Shown: positions 19,094 to 29,654 of the stretch, piece by piece
How the letters are laid out: every line of letters begins with the position of its first letter
Position numbering within the stretch: the first letter of the stretch is position 1
Source: Chloroflexota bacterium
Lineage (GTDB): Bacteria > Chloroflexota > UBA11872 > VXOZ01
Assembly (NCBI GenBank): GCA_965221905.1
Contig: OZ244922.1
Span: forward strand, 2,752,001-2,816,000
Length of the DNA stretch: 64,000 nt
Reading direction: 5' to 3'
Made by a program: the position numbers and the translations under genes
Notes under the pieces: model-generated
Told to the model about the DNA's origin: nothing
Databases searched by the model: none
The model's input: only the letters and a program-made list of their open reading frames with translations

Positions 19094-20942
19094 CGCCATC
19101 TCGCTGGGTGACATTATCACGGTCCATTTGCTCCAACAATGGCAGCACGTACTTCCGACTTGTGCCAAAGACGTCTCGTAGCTGTGCCACCGTGGCGCGA
19201 GCTTCCCGCGCCAAATGCTCACGCACCTGCGCCACCGCCTGTTGGTAGGCTCGACGCGAATAGATGAGGTCATTGTTCACCCGGACAATCCGGCCCTGCG
19301 CTGCCAACACGTTCACCAAGTCATCGTCCAATGCGAGCGACGTACGAAGGTCGCCCAGACTCGGGGGCGCCATTGGCTCTCGTTCCAGCACGTCGAGCAA
19401 AGCCGTCGCCACTTCCTCTTGCACCGCGCTCAACGCAATCGCAAACCCAAATTGACGCAGGTCGCCTCTCTCTTCCGCTATCACCTCGTCGGCACAGAGC
19501 CGCCGCACGATCTGGTTGAAGACGCGGCTTTCCAATCCAAGCTGCCGCCGCACTTCCTCTTTTCCCATGCCGTTGCGCAAGGAGTAGCGCACGTGAAAGT
19601 CCTGGACTACAGAGACCAAACGCTCTGTAATCTCGGCCCAACCGGCAGCGGAATAAAGAAAACTGCCCAAGTCTACGGCTCGTTCCGCACCCAGCAGCCC
19701 TGCCAAAACGTCGTCAATCTGCGCGGTGGTGAGAGGCAACACTCGATTGAGCACGTCTTGCGTGCAGGGCTCCCGCTGCCGAATAGCCTGCAGCACCACG
19801 TCATCGGGCGAGCCGCGCTCCAACGTATCCAAGGTCGAAATCACGTCTTCCGCAAAGCGTTTATGGCGGGGCGGGTATGGGTCGAGGACTTCGCCGCCAC
19901 CAAGGGTACAAGACGGGCTGAGTTGCCGGATGATGAAAAGATCGCCCTTGATGAGACTTGCAGGTTTAACGAGAAGCAGTTGTACAAGCCCATCTTCCCC
20001 TGGCGAGATGGTCTCACGATCGAGAAGCCTAACACGGGCGAGAGTTTCCATGGTCCCGGCATGGAATGTAACCATAGTCCCGTGAACCAGCGGGCGAGGC
20101 GCGGCAGGCAAGAGCCGGATGCGTACGTCCGCAAAGCGCGTAGCGGCAAGCATGCGGGGCAATGTGAGTACCTGTCCGCGATAGACTTCATCAACGTCAA
20201 CCCCGCCTACGTTGACGGCAACGCGATTACCAGGCAGAGCGTTCTCGATCTTGTGCTTATGACTCTGCAGCCCGCGTATGCGGCCGCTCATGTTGCCGGG
20301 AACGACGTGGACGTCGTCACCGACGTGGAGTTGACCGTCGAGCAGCGTGCCGGTGACCACGGTGCCAAAGCCACTGAGGGTGAAGGCCCGATCGATAGGC
20401 AGGCGCGGGCGGCCTACGTCCCGTTTAGCTTCCGTATCTGCGAGCAAGTCATCGAGGACACTGCACAGTTCGTCTAATCCCTCTCCAGAAATTGCGGATA
20501 CACGCACTAGCGGGCTATCGGCGAGTACAGTACCTGCCACCGTTTCACGCAGCTCTTCCTCAACAAGGTGCAACCAATCTTCGTCTTCAACCAGGTCGCA
20601 CCGCGTTAGCACCAGTACTCCCGCCGGCACCCGCAGCAAGTCCAGAATGTCAAGGTGCTCGCGAGTCTGGGGCATCACGCCTTCATCGGCGGCAACCACC
20701 AACAGACCCGCATCAATTCCACCCACACCCGCCAGCATGTTCTTGATGAAACGCTCGTGACCGGGCACGTCGACTATTGAAATCTCCTTGCCGCTGGGCA
20801 GCGTAAGCCACGCGAATCCCAGATCGATCGTCAGCCCACGCTCTTTTTCTTCGCGCAGCCGGTCCGGGTCTATACCCGTAAGCGCCTGAATCAGCGTAGA
20901 CTTGCCGTGGTCGACGTGACCTGCAGTGCCAATCGTGAACAT
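19071..20942 (-). CDS. selB: Selenocysteine-specific translation elongation factor SelB
   Basis: GTAGHVDHGKS, DPDRLREEKERGLTIDLGFA, DVPGHERFIKNMLAG, C-terminal winged-helix SRKY..P.LE..D motif. Confidence 0.97.
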   Translation of the reverse strand: MFTIGTAGHVDHGKSTLIQALTGIDPDRLREEKERGLTIDLGFAWLTLPSGKEISIVDVPGHERFIKNMLAGVGGIDAGLLVVAADEGVMPQTREHLDILDLLRVPAGVLVLTRCDLVEDEDWLHLVEEELRETVAGTVLADSPLVRVSAISGEGLDELCSVLDDLLADTEAKRDVGRPRLPIDRAFTLSGFGTVVTGTLLDGQLHVGDDVHVVPGNMSGRIRGLQSHKHKIENALPGNRVAVNVGGVDVDEVYRGQVLTLPRMLAATRFADVRIRLLPAAPRPLVHGTMVTFHAGTMETLARVRLLDRETISPGEDGLVQLLLVKPASLIKGDLFIIRQLSPSCTLGGGEVLDPYPPRHKRFAEDVISTLDTLERGSPDDVVLQAIRQREPCTQDVLNRVLPLTTAQIDDVLAGLLGAERAVDLGSFLYSAAGWAEITERLVSVVQDFHVRYSLRNGMGKEEVRRQLGLESRVFNQIVRRLCADEVIAEERGDLRQFGFAIALSAVQEEVATALLDVLEREPMAPPSLGDLRTSLALDDDLVNVLAAQGRIVRVNNDLIYSRRAYQQAVAQVREHLAREARATVAQLRDVFGTSRKYVLPLLEQMDRDNVTQRDGDERTLAE

Positions 20943-21148
20943 TGCGCAGTCTCAATTGCTTCCTGCACGTAACCACTTATCGATGCCAGCCTGCCATTTA
21001 CTACAGCTAGGCCTGCTGGACTTCGGCCCAGCATCTTCACTGCCTCCGCAGATACCGATAGACCACCGGCCGCCATGGTCTTGCGCGCAGCGTATCACAT
21101 TGTTGGAGGCCGGTGCGGTCGCACCCCACCACCTTCGCATCGTCTCGC

Positions 21149-22180
21149 CTAAGCGGCTTTCTCGATCTTGTACACGCTCGCCTTCTTCCCCGAAACGAGC
21201 ACATCGTAGCGCTTCAGTACCGTGAACTTGCCCGCGAAGTCACGCATACAGTCTTCGAAGATATCCGGCGTCCCTACGATCAATACCAGGAGGCCCTTAA
21301 GCCGTAGGACTCTATGAAACTCCTTTAACATCGCCTGGTTAAACTGTCTCGGGTCGGCGTTTTGCATGCGGTAGAAGCCCCATGGCGGGTCGGTAATGAT
21401 CTTACCAACAGAATCCGATGCAAACGTTCGCAGGTTTAGGGCGTCCCAACGACCGATGACAACTTTCTGCCTCTGCCGCCGCAGTTTCATGCGCAAGCTC
21501 TTTATGAGCTTTGCATCGATGTCTCCCGTCAAGACTGTTTGATAGGGAAAGGCGTTTGCACGTGCCAGCGGGATCGCTCCAGACCCGCAGAAGGGGTCGA
21601 GCACGACGTCCATTTCCGAGGGATCTGAGATTAGACAAAGTAGATGGCAGAGCTCCGGGCGTAACTCGCCGCGCTCCAGGGTCTTTTCGTATGCCGTGTG
21701 GCGGGTAATGCGCATGCCCACAAAGCCAAAGCCCTCACGCCGGGCGAGCAGCCAAAACTCGACGTCGGGATTGCTGTGATCGGGCTTGAGCCGGGTATTG
21801 CCCGAGAGAAGCCGCTCCAGGCCGGTACGGCTGCGCTGGGGAATCGAGACGAATTGGTTGCCGTACGAGGCGACAAACCGGTAGGTCTTGACCTTGCCGG
21901 GCAAGAAGGGCGTTAAGCGGCGCAAGAGCTGCCCGTCCGCCTGGACAGTCTGGACCATCTCCGCAATGGGATCACGGCCCAGCCCATCGAACAACATGAG
22001 ACAGACGAAGCTATTGTTGCAGAACCGCAGCGCTTGCACGTTCGCAACACTGGACGAAGAACGGTAAACAACCAGGCCGTCGAGGAGCAGGTCAATTTCT
22101 AGGTTCTCGAGCCCATGCCTGAGCGCTTCCGCGACGACTTCTCCCATGCCGGGAATGAAAGAAGAAACGTATGTGGTCAT
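21149..22180 (-). CDS. SAM-dependent RNA methyltransferase (UPF0020/Trm11-like)
   Basis: VLDPFCGSG, GDID, WDA, ITDPPWG. Confidence 0.8.
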   Translation of the reverse strand: MTTYVSSFIPGMGEVVAEALRHGLENLEIDLLLDGLVVYRSSSSVANVQALRFCNNSFVCLMLFDGLGRDPIAEMVQTVQADGQLLRRLTPFLPGKVKTYRFVASYGNQFVSIPQRSRTGLERLLSGNTRLKPDHSNPDVEFWLLARREGFGFVGMRITRHTAYEKTLERGELRPELCHLLCLISDPSEMDVVLDPFCGSGAIPLARANAFPYQTVLTGDIDAKLIKSLRMKLRRQRQKVVIGRWDALNLRTFASDSVGKIITDPPWGFYRMQNADPRQFNQAMLKEFHRVLRLKGLLVLIVGTPDIFEDCMRDFAGKFTVLKRYDVLVSGKKASVYKIEKAA

Positions 22181-22309
22181 GCAAATAGCTTACCCGGAGT
22201 TGCGCGGGAGCGTACAGCGCAGCCGGGAAATCTCGCTAGGAAGGAACGCATTTCACCACGACAGAAACTGCAATTGGCGCGATCGCAACCGGTCGTCATT
22301 GGCGCTTTT

Positions 22310-23500
22310 CTATTTCTCGCACACTACGCCATCGCCGTCGCCGTCCCGCGGCGGATCGGTGAACAACCCAATCGGAAAGCCACGTCCGGCACCAGAGTCC
22401 CCCTGAATGCGTTCTTCTCCAGCGGCAATTGCTTCATCGCAGCTTGCGTACTTGGCTGTTGGGGTCGCAGATGCAGACGGTGTCGGTGTAGGTGTGTGCG
22501 TTGGGGTTGCCGTCGGCGTTGGTGTGCGCGTCGGTCTTGGCGTAGGCAGAGGCGTAGGCGTCGGAGTGCCCAAAATTGCCGGCCTTGGTGACGGCGTCGG
22601 CAAGAGTGAGGGCCGAGGAATCGGGCTGGAAGTTGGCGCGGGCGTGCGCCCCGCAGTTGGCGTAGGAGTTGGCGTGCGCCGAATCAACGATCCGGGTGTC
22701 GGCGTCGACGTTGGCGTCCCCGACGGCGTCGGCGTAGCACTCGGCGTGGGTGTCGGCGTAGGAGTTGGCAGCACAATCAATGGATCTTCATCACACGCTT
22801 CCAGCATCGTGCGCAGTGCGCTCACCTCATCGTCATCCGCGCTCAGTCCCCAAAATACCTTGACAGCAATCCAATCTTGCGCGTATTGGCACCATGCAGA
22901 CTCCGCAGGCGGTTTCCATTCACCTGGATCGCGCGCCCCTTTTGAGCGATTGCTCGACGCCGAGACCGCCGTCAAGGTCTGCGGCAAGGTCAGATCGTTC
23001 GCATACGCGTAGCGCCGCTCATAAGACCACCGCCATCCTCCCGATTCATGCACTTCGGCGAGCGGCACCATGTGGTCGATGTCCACGCCTGACGCGCTCG
23101 TAATCGTCCTCTCGTCGTACCACGACAACCATGTGCCGTCCGGCACGCAAGACTCATCGTCACTTTCGAGCGTACTCGCTTCGGCAACCAAGACTTCCTC
23201 GCGCGTGTCACAGCCGTCGTCATCTATGTCACCCCAACCGTTCTGCTCGTACCTCCAGCGTCCGTAGGTCACGCCGCCATCGGATTCCGGCGCTGTCTTG
23301 AGCTGCACACCCGCAATATACGTCGTCGAAGGAATGGCTTGCTCCGGTTCGCAATTGGCCTCGTAGAAAACATCTACGCCGCTCCAGCCAGCGAGTTTCA
23401 AGCTCTCCCGCGCAGCATTGAGTTGTGTGCATACATCCGTTGTCGGGCCATCGTCGATGGTGATGGCAAACCAAACGATCGCTAGGAACAACGCCAGCAC
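22310..23500 (-). CDS. Exported DUF1524 HNH-type nuclease + Pro/Thr linker + Excalibur Ca-binding domain
   Basis: N-terminal hydrophobic segment, CDTREEVL, DIDHMVPLAE, NRSKG..DP..W.P, (PT)n linker, SCDEA...DGDGDGVVCE. Confidence 0.85.
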   Translation of the reverse strand: MLALFLAIVWFAITIDDGPTTDVCTQLNAARESLKLAGWSGVDVFYEANCEPEQAIPSTTYIAGVQLKTAPESDGGVTYGRWRYEQNGWGDIDDDGCDTREEVLVAEASTLESDDESCVPDGTWLSWYDERTITSASGVDIDHMVPLAEVHESGGWRWSYERRYAYANDLTLPQTLTAVSASSNRSKGARDPGEWKPPAESAWCQYAQDWIAVKVFWGLSADDDEVSALRTMLEACDEDPLIVLPTPTPTPTPSATPTPSGTPTSTPTPGSLIRRTPTPTPTAGRTPAPTSSPIPRPSLLPTPSPRPAILGTPTPTPLPTPRPTRTPTPTATPTHTPTPTPSASATPTAKYASCDEAIAAGEERIQGDSGAGRGFPIGLFTDPPRDGDGDGVVCEK

Positions 23501-23687
23501 GTCTCACCTCTTTGTGACTAGAGCGCACATCAACGTGCACTCAAACGACTAAACCCTCCAACTGCCCTGAGCCCAGCAGCAAGCATACTGCCCTATAACG
23601 CAATAGTCAAGAAGATTGAGCGCATCGTACGGGTGCATCCGGCCTGTCTCTTTATCGGTAATGCTAAAGGAGCTGCAACCCGCAACC

Positions 23688-25112
23688 CTACTCACCGGCA
23701 GAATCAGGCGCAGTCCAACGCTCTGCCAGCAAATACAAGCCCATGCCATGCGAACCTTTGATGAGCACCACGTCGTGCGGCCGGACTTCCCTGGCGAGAT
23801 GCGCCTCGGCAGCGTCCAGGGCCGCCTCGAGCGAGTCGCCACCCGCGTGGTCTGCCGGTATTTCGGTAATCTGTGCCGGGTCCATGCCGGCTGCGCGAGC
23901 GCCGGCCGCAATATGAGTACTCTCACTGCCTATGGTCAATAGATGGTCGGCAAATTGCGCCACAGAATGGCCGAGCAGGCGGTGCTCTTCCGCGGCATAC
24001 GGGCCAAGCTCCAGCATGTCACCGAGCACTGCAATGCGTTTGCCATTCGCTCCCAACTGCGCGAGCGATTCTAGGGCTACAACAGCCGAAACGCGATTGG
24101 CATTGTAAGCGTCATCGAGCAGGACCGATCCGTTACGGCCCTTTCGCACGTGCAGGCGACCCGGCGCGGGACGAACCTTCGCCAACCCCGCCGCAATCTC
24201 GTCCAGTGAGAGGCCATACTCACAACCCACTGCCGTCGCCGCCAACGCAGCGTAAACCCCGGCTTGGCCGAGGATGTGTGTAACGACTTTGCCCCTTTGG
24301 GTTCCCGCAAGGACATCGAACTGCGTCCGGCCGTCAGACAGCACCCTTACGTCTTGTGCCGAAACATCCGTCGATCCATCGACGCCGTAGGTAATTATGT
24401 TTGCGCGCGTTCGGGCGGACATCTGCCTGACCCGCGAGTCGTCCCCATTGAGTACGGCCCTGCCGCGTGCAGGCAGCGCTTGTACTAATTCGGCCTTTGC
24501 TTGCTGCACAACGTCAAGCGACCCAAAGAGTTCCAGATGCACCGGCCCCACCGCCGTTACGACACCAATATGGGGCCTGATCCTGCGGCAATAGCTCGCA
24601 ATCTCACCGCGCCACTGGGCGCCCATCTCAAGCACAAGCACTTCGTCTTCCGGCCCGCAACGGGCAACCGAGCGGGGAATGCCAATCTCATTGTTCTCTG
24701 TGCCAAGCGCCCTGCAAACGGCAAAGCGTTCCGCCAGTACCGATGCAATCGCCTCTTTTGTGGTCGTCTTGCCATAGCTACCGGTCACGGCAACAATTCG
24801 CAGATCGGTTCGTTGCCGCACCAGGTAGCGGGCAAGCTTCCAAGCAGCATCGTTTGGGTTTCGCACCCGTATTTGGGGTACGGCGACATCAGGCCGGGGT
24901 CGCTGGCAAAGAATTGCAGCGGCGCCCTTCGCAACGGCGTCATCGATGAACGCATGCCCGTCGCGCTGGTTGGTGCGCAACGCAAGAAAGACCTCGCCCG
25001 GTTGGAGTATGCGCGAATCGTGGCAAAGTCCCGTGCACACGACACTCTCCGCCACTGGGGTTGGCGGCGGCGTGCGTCGCAATGCGCGGTAGACGTCGGC
25101 AAGGAAGAACAA
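23688..25112 (-). CDS. murF: UDP-N-acetylmuramoyl-tripeptide--D-Ala-D-Ala ligase
   Basis: DSR, DGH.F, TGSYGKTTTKE, NNEIG.P, LEMG, DDAYNAN, LGDMLELG, KGS. Confidence 0.93.
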   Translation of the reverse strand: MFFLADVYRALRRTPPPTPVAESVVCTGLCHDSRILQPGEVFLALRTNQRDGHAFIDDAVAKGAAAILCQRPRPDVAVPQIRVRNPNDAAWKLARYLVRQRTDLRIVAVTGSYGKTTTKEAIASVLAERFAVCRALGTENNEIGIPRSVARCGPEDEVLVLEMGAQWRGEIASYCRRIRPHIGVVTAVGPVHLELFGSLDVVQQAKAELVQALPARGRAVLNGDDSRVRQMSARTRANIITYGVDGSTDVSAQDVRVLSDGRTQFDVLAGTQRGKVVTHILGQAGVYAALAATAVGCEYGLSLDEIAAGLAKVRPAPGRLHVRKGRNGSVLLDDAYNANRVSAVVALESLAQLGANGKRIAVLGDMLELGPYAAEEHRLLGHSVAQFADHLLTIGSESTHIAAGARAAGMDPAQITEIPADHAGGDSLEAALDAAEAHLAREVRPHDVVLIKGSHGMGLYLLAERWTAPDSAGE

Positions 25113-25513
25113 CGGTGGCAGTGCTCCTTAATTCGTCCGTCTCGACTTTGACAGATCGCTGCAAAGTCTTGACACGTGTGATGCGGGATTGTGCCAAAAG
25201 CAGCAGGTGCTTGGCTCGTCGCTCTCGTCGGGACACAAGGCGGACTGCACGTGGGCGGCCCCTTGAGGAATGTGCCATTCGCACCGAGGAGTAGGGAAAG
25301 TGCCCCGCACAGTGCCTATGGCGGCTCTGGAAAACCCAGCAAGACCGCGCCTAGGGAGCACTCCGCGGAGTATTTTCCCATGCAGAGCACGCAACTACTA
25401 CTCGTTCCGGGCTTCCTGGGCCAAGACTGCATCCTAGGAGAGTCTACGCCAACCTGCTATAATGATGCCACCTCTCGTCAGCATAGCAAACGGACACCGG
25501 TGCTTCTTCAACT

Positions 25514-26623
25514 ATGAGCAACAAGCTCCGAGTTGGCCTGCTATTTGGCGGCCGTTCAGCCGAACATGACGTTTCTGTAGTTTCCGCCCGCTCGGTGATG
25601 GCAGCGCTTGATCCAACCAAATACGAGTTGATTCCTATCGGCATTATGCGTGACGGACGTTGGCTGCTGAACGTTAACCCTCAGCGTGCGCTGGCGGACC
25701 AACTGCACCTGGCAAGCGACGCCACTTCATTGCAGCTTGCCTTCAGCCCTCCGACCGCTTTGACCGATCCCCATGCGTCTCAGGATTCTGGCGAACCCAA
25801 AGGAGCAGGCGCGCTAGACGTAATCTTCCCAATTCTTCACGGCCCAAACGGCGAAGACGGCAGCATCCAAGGCCTGTTGCAACTCGCTGACGTGCCATAC
25901 GTTGGTTGCGACGTGCTGAGTTCGGCGCTGGGCATGGACAAGATTGTGCAAAAGAAGCTCTTTGCTCACGCAGGGCTGCCAATTGTTGACTTTGTCGCGG
26001 TGCGCCGCAAGCACTGGCGCGCGCAACCGGATGCATGCATAGCTGAGATCGAGGGGAGCCTCTCTTACCCGCTCTTCGTAAAGCCGGCCGCTCTCGGTTC
26101 GAGCGTCGGCATTTCGAAAACCTACGACCGCGCTGCACTCACACGTGCCCTCGATGAGGCTGCGCGCTACGGTCGCAAGATGATTGTCGAGGCCGCGGTT
26201 CCTCATGCGCGGGAAATCGAGTTCTCGGTACTCGGCAACGACGATCCGATTGTGTCCGTTCCGGGAGAGATCGTGGCCGCACATGAGTTCTACGACTACG
26301 CGGCAAAATATGAGGCAGACTCGGCGCTGCACGTTCCGGCGCAAATTACGGACGCGCTAACAAACGAACTGCAAGCACTGGCGGTCCGCGCCTTTCAGGC
26401 GCTTGAGTGTTGCGGCATGGCGCGGGTGGACTTTCTACTCGACGGAAAAACCGGCGATGCATACATAAGCGAAATCAATACCATACCCGGTTTTACGTCG
26501 ATAAGCATGTATCCAAAGCTGTGGGAAGCCTCCGGTCTAGCGTATCCCGACCTGCTAGACGAACTCATTAGGCTAGCTCTGGAACGCCACCGGGAAGTCA
26601 GTGAACAGGAAACCGCGCGCTAA
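25514..26623 (+). CDS. ddl: D-alanine--D-alanine ligase
   Basis: FGGRSAEHDVS, LHGPNGEDG, GSSVG, FYDY.AKY, EINTIPGFT. Confidence 0.96.
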   Translation: MSNKLRVGLLFGGRSAEHDVSVVSARSVMAALDPTKYELIPIGIMRDGRWLLNVNPQRALADQLHLASDATSLQLAFSPPTALTDPHASQDSGEPKGAGALDVIFPILHGPNGEDGSIQGLLQLADVPYVGCDVLSSALGMDKIVQKKLFAHAGLPIVDFVAVRRKHWRAQPDACIAEIEGSLSYPLFVKPAALGSSVGISKTYDRAALTRALDEAARYGRKMIVEAAVPHAREIEFSVLGNDDPIVSVPGEIVAAHEFYDYAAKYEADSALHVPAQITDALTNELQALAVRAFQALECCGMARVDFLLDGKTGDAYISEINTIPGFTSISMYPKLWEASGLAYPDLLDELIRLALERHREVSEQETAR

Positions 26624-26668
26624 TGCGCGACAAATGGGGGAATAGCATGTTCAGAGGGGACAGCCGCA

Positions 26669-27619
26669 ATGGTTAATGGGGACATCAAGATCTTCTCCGG
26701 CATGGCCAACAATCCTTTGGCTGCCGAGATCGCCGACCTGCTCGGCACTGGTCTCGGTGACGTCAGCATTCACGAGGCTCCGGATTCAGAGACCTTGGTC
26801 ATGGTCAACGAAAGTGTGCGCGGCTGCGACGTGTACGTCGTTCAACCCACCTCGGCGCCGGTCAACGACAACTTGATGCACCTCTTGCTCATAGTCGACG
26901 CTCTCCGTCGGGCCTCCGCCAAGCGCATAACTGCGGTCATACCTTACTTCGGGTATTCCCGCCAGGAACGAATGGCCCACGGACGCGAGCCGATCAGCGC
27001 CAAGGTGGTGGCGGACATGCTCCAATCCGTGGGGGTTGACCGCATCATACTCACCGACATCCATGCGCCGGCAATGCAGGGCTTTTTCAATATCCCCCTT
27101 GAAACCCTCTCTGCCGTACCTCTAATCATTGACTACTTGAAGCAGCGAGACCTATCGGACTCGGTGATAGTCGCGCCGGACGTAGGCCGCGCGAAACTTG
27201 CGGAGAGATATGCAGAGAGCTTGGGAGTTCCCCTCGCCTTGATTCACAAAGCGCGTGAATCTGCCACCACGTCCCGCATCGTTGGCATGATAGGCGATCT
27301 GAAAGGCAAGTACCCTATCATCATCGATGACATCATCTCCACCGGCGGCACCATCGTCGAGACCGCGCACGCGGTCATCAATGCCGGAGCAAGACCTCAA
27401 TTGTGCTTAGCGGCAGTACACGGGCTGCTTGCAGGCTCCGCACCGGACCGGTTGAATCAGGACTTCATTAATGAGGTGGTCCTCACTGACACAGTGCATA
27501 TACCGCCCGATAGGCGGACGCCCAACATGACCATCCTCTCCGTGGCCCAGCTCTTTGCCGAGGCGATACACCGCTCCCACAATGAAAAATCGGTGAGCGG
27601 ACTCTACCTCCTCACGTAG
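26669..27619 (+). CDS. prs: Ribose-phosphate pyrophosphokinase
   Basis: DALRRASAKRITAVIPYFGYSRQ, APDVG, IDDIISTGGT. Confidence 0.95.
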   Translation: MVNGDIKIFSGMANNPLAAEIADLLGTGLGDVSIHEAPDSETLVMVNESVRGCDVYVVQPTSAPVNDNLMHLLLIVDALRRASAKRITAVIPYFGYSRQERMAHGREPISAKVVADMLQSVGVDRIILTDIHAPAMQGFFNIPLETLSAVPLIIDYLKQRDLSDSVIVAPDVGRAKLAERYAESLGVPLALIHKARESATTSRIVGMIGDLKGKYPIIIDDIISTGGTIVETAHAVINAGARPQLCLAAVHGLLAGSAPDRLNQDFINEVVLTDTVHIPPDRRTPNMTILSVAQLFAEAIHRSHNEKSVSGLYLLT

Positions 27620-27970
27620 GGCCATTGAACGCAACGTCTCAAGACTTCCTCACGATTTTCTGTATTCTCCAGGCCAAAGTGAAGCGATGTATTGCATTAT
27701 TCTGTAGGCATACATACAGAATCGGGCTGTCACCTTGGTATACTTAGAGCCAAGCAGGTCGGATGTACACCCAAGGCGCGGCAACCCAAAAAACCCGCGC
27801 CGAAGTTACATGCGGCGCTGGCGACCGGGCACACAGAACGCCTGGTTGCAGTGCGCTGACTCTGCAACAGATAGCCAAGGTGGTTTGGCTTATCAGAGCG
27901 CAACGGCGATCCATGCTGTGGCGTTGACCGTTTCGTTCAATGAACGTGTTGGGAAGGGAGGGCATATCGC

Positions 27971-28708
27971 ATGTTTCTCGATGTAGGAATTGCATTCGGC
28001 GGTGGAATTCTCTCTTTTCTCTCGCCGTGCTTTCTCCCACTCATACCGGCCTACCTTGTTTACCTCGGTGGACGCCAAGCCAACGCCGTCCGCCACGATA
28101 AGTCACCGCGCCGTGCCGTCTTCATCAATGCCCTCGCTTTCATTCTCGGATTTGGCACGATATTCATCGCCCTCGGTGTAGCCATTACCTTCGTCGGCCT
28201 TGCCTTTCAGCAGGGGCTGCCTACGATGCGGCTTGTCGGCGGCGGGTTGCTCGTCATCTTTGGACTAAGTTTCCTGGGCCTCCTCCGTGTGCCCTGGCTG
28301 CAGCAAATCCTGCAGCGTGAAGTTTCGCTCCGCAACACGCCGCTGGGCCGCATCGACACGGAGAAGACCGGTCCAATCACCTCTTACTTGATCGGTCTCG
28401 TATTCGGGACGGGCTGGACGCCCTGTGTCGGCCCGATACTCGGGGCAATTCTGCTCCAGGCTTCCGGTTCCGACACTGTGCTCCGCGGGGGCATCTTGCT
28501 GGCAATTTACGCCGCCGGCATGGGCATTCCGTTTCTCGCCATGGCAGTGGCCATCGATCGGGCCTCTGCGCTTCTCAAATGGCTCAGGTCCCACATGTTG
28601 GCGGTCGAACGGGTGAGTGGCGTGTTCCTGATCCTAATGGGGATTGCGGTCGCAACGAACTTTCTAGCGATGATCTCTGGCATACTCGGGATATACTCGC
28701 TAGGATAG
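27971..28708 (+). CDS. ccdA: CcdA/DsbD-beta transmembrane electron transporter
   Basis: SFLSPCFLPLIPAY and GWTPCVGPILG redox Cys motifs, 6 TM segments, SD GGAGG. Confidence 0.93.
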   Translation: MFLDVGIAFGGGILSFLSPCFLPLIPAYLVYLGGRQANAVRHDKSPRRAVFINALAFILGFGTIFIALGVAITFVGLAFQQGLPTMRLVGGGLLVIFGLSFLGLLRVPWLQQILQREVSLRNTPLGRIDTEKTGPITSYLIGLVFGTGWTPCVGPILGAILLQASGSDTVLRGGILLAIYAAGMGIPFLAMAVAIDRASALLKWLRSHMLAVERVSGVFLILMGIAVATNFLAMISGILGIYSLG

Positions 28709-28911
28709 CAGGTAAGGGATCAAATTCTTCACTAGGGTGGTGTACGATCAGTGCCGGTATGTTCGAGACTCCAAAGACGAATGAGGTCAAAGGACGGTAG
28801 TTCCGGAGTGGGCACTGGATGTTAGTATGCCGGACTATGCCTAATAGGGTCTGAGGCCATAGAACTTTCTGAGTGTCGCGTGTAAGAAAGAAACAATAGG
28901 GAGTGAGAGCA

Positions 28912-29580
28912 ATGCGACGACGATCTGTATGCTCGCTACTGCTCAGCGGTGCGTCCGTAGCCGCGCTAGCGGCGTGTGGCGGCGGCTCAACACTGCTAGA
29001 AACTGAGGAGCAAGAGCCGGCAAGCGCCAAGCAAGAGGCCGCGGCGGAGCCGACCGCCGCCCCTGCGGAAGCTCAACCGACGGCTGAACCCGCGAAGCAA
29101 GCTGAAGTTGAGCCGACGGCCGCGCCAACCCTTGACCTGCCCAACTTTGGGAAGGCACCGGAGATTACGCTCACGGAATGGCTCAATTCCGAGCCCATTA
29201 CGTTGGCAAGCTTGGAGGGCAAGGCTTCCGCTCTAATTGTCTTCTGGACATACACCTGACCGATTTGCCGCGGCGAAATCCCCAGTTGGGTGGATATTCA
29301 GAGCAAGTACGTTGACGACGGCTTCAAACTCATCAGCATCCACATCCCGGCCTTGGGTGCTTCCACGGACGTAAGCGTCATTGCCGAACAGGCATCAAAA
29401 CTTAACGCTGCCTTTCCGATTGGGATAGACAACGGTAAGGTAATCTGGGACGCCTTCGGCAACAATGCCTTTCCGGTAGCCTACGGTATCGATAAGCAAG
29501 GGAACATTCGCTCTAAGCAGGTCGGTCCCGGCATCGATACGATCATTGAGGTAATAGAGAAGCTCAAAGCGGCGGGCTAG
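28912..29580 (+). CDS. Selenocysteine-containing TlpA/DipZ-type thioredoxin lipoprotein (UPIC motif; Sec codon 29257-29259)
   Basis: ORFs 28903..29259 and 29290..29580 are in the same frame, separated only by TGA: FWTYT-TGA-PICRGEIPSWVD...KLISIH.P...FPIGIDN...WDAFGNNAFP.AYGIDKQGNIR. RR and LAAC signal. Confidence 0.9.
29278..29295 (+). promoter_or_regulatory. Candidate bacterial SECIS hairpin
   Basis: AUCC-CC-[AGUUG]-GG-U-GGAU starting 18 nt after the UGA, with bulged U and GU-containing loop. Confidence 0.7.
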
Positions 29581-29617
29581 CACTACGCCACTTGAGTTAG
29601 CGCTCTTTGGAAGAGTT

Positions 29618-29654
29618 GCCCGCTTGCGGTCCGATAGTCTCACCGCAAGCGGGC
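29618..29654. terminator. Terminator-like hairpin between the convergent selenoprotein genes
   Basis: 13-bp perfect stem gcccgcttgcggt / accgcaagcgggc followed by cttatt. Confidence 0.7.

Noticed and set aside
16817-20477. Long + strand ORFs 16817..17998 and 19215..20477 (and similar antisense ORFs such as 12994..14055)
   Set aside because: They overlap well-supported genes on the opposite strand and have no motifs, which is typical of GC-rich DNA.
20943-21148. tRNA-Sec (selC) or SECIS-like autoregulatory element upstream of selB
   Set aside because: No TCA-anticodon arm or cloverleaf. The small hairpin gctgggccgaagtccagc does not resemble the SECIS candidates at 29278 and 30157.
22407-23012. 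Gly/Val-repeat ORF on the + strand
   Set aside because: Antisense reading of the Pro/Thr linker of the nuclease gene.
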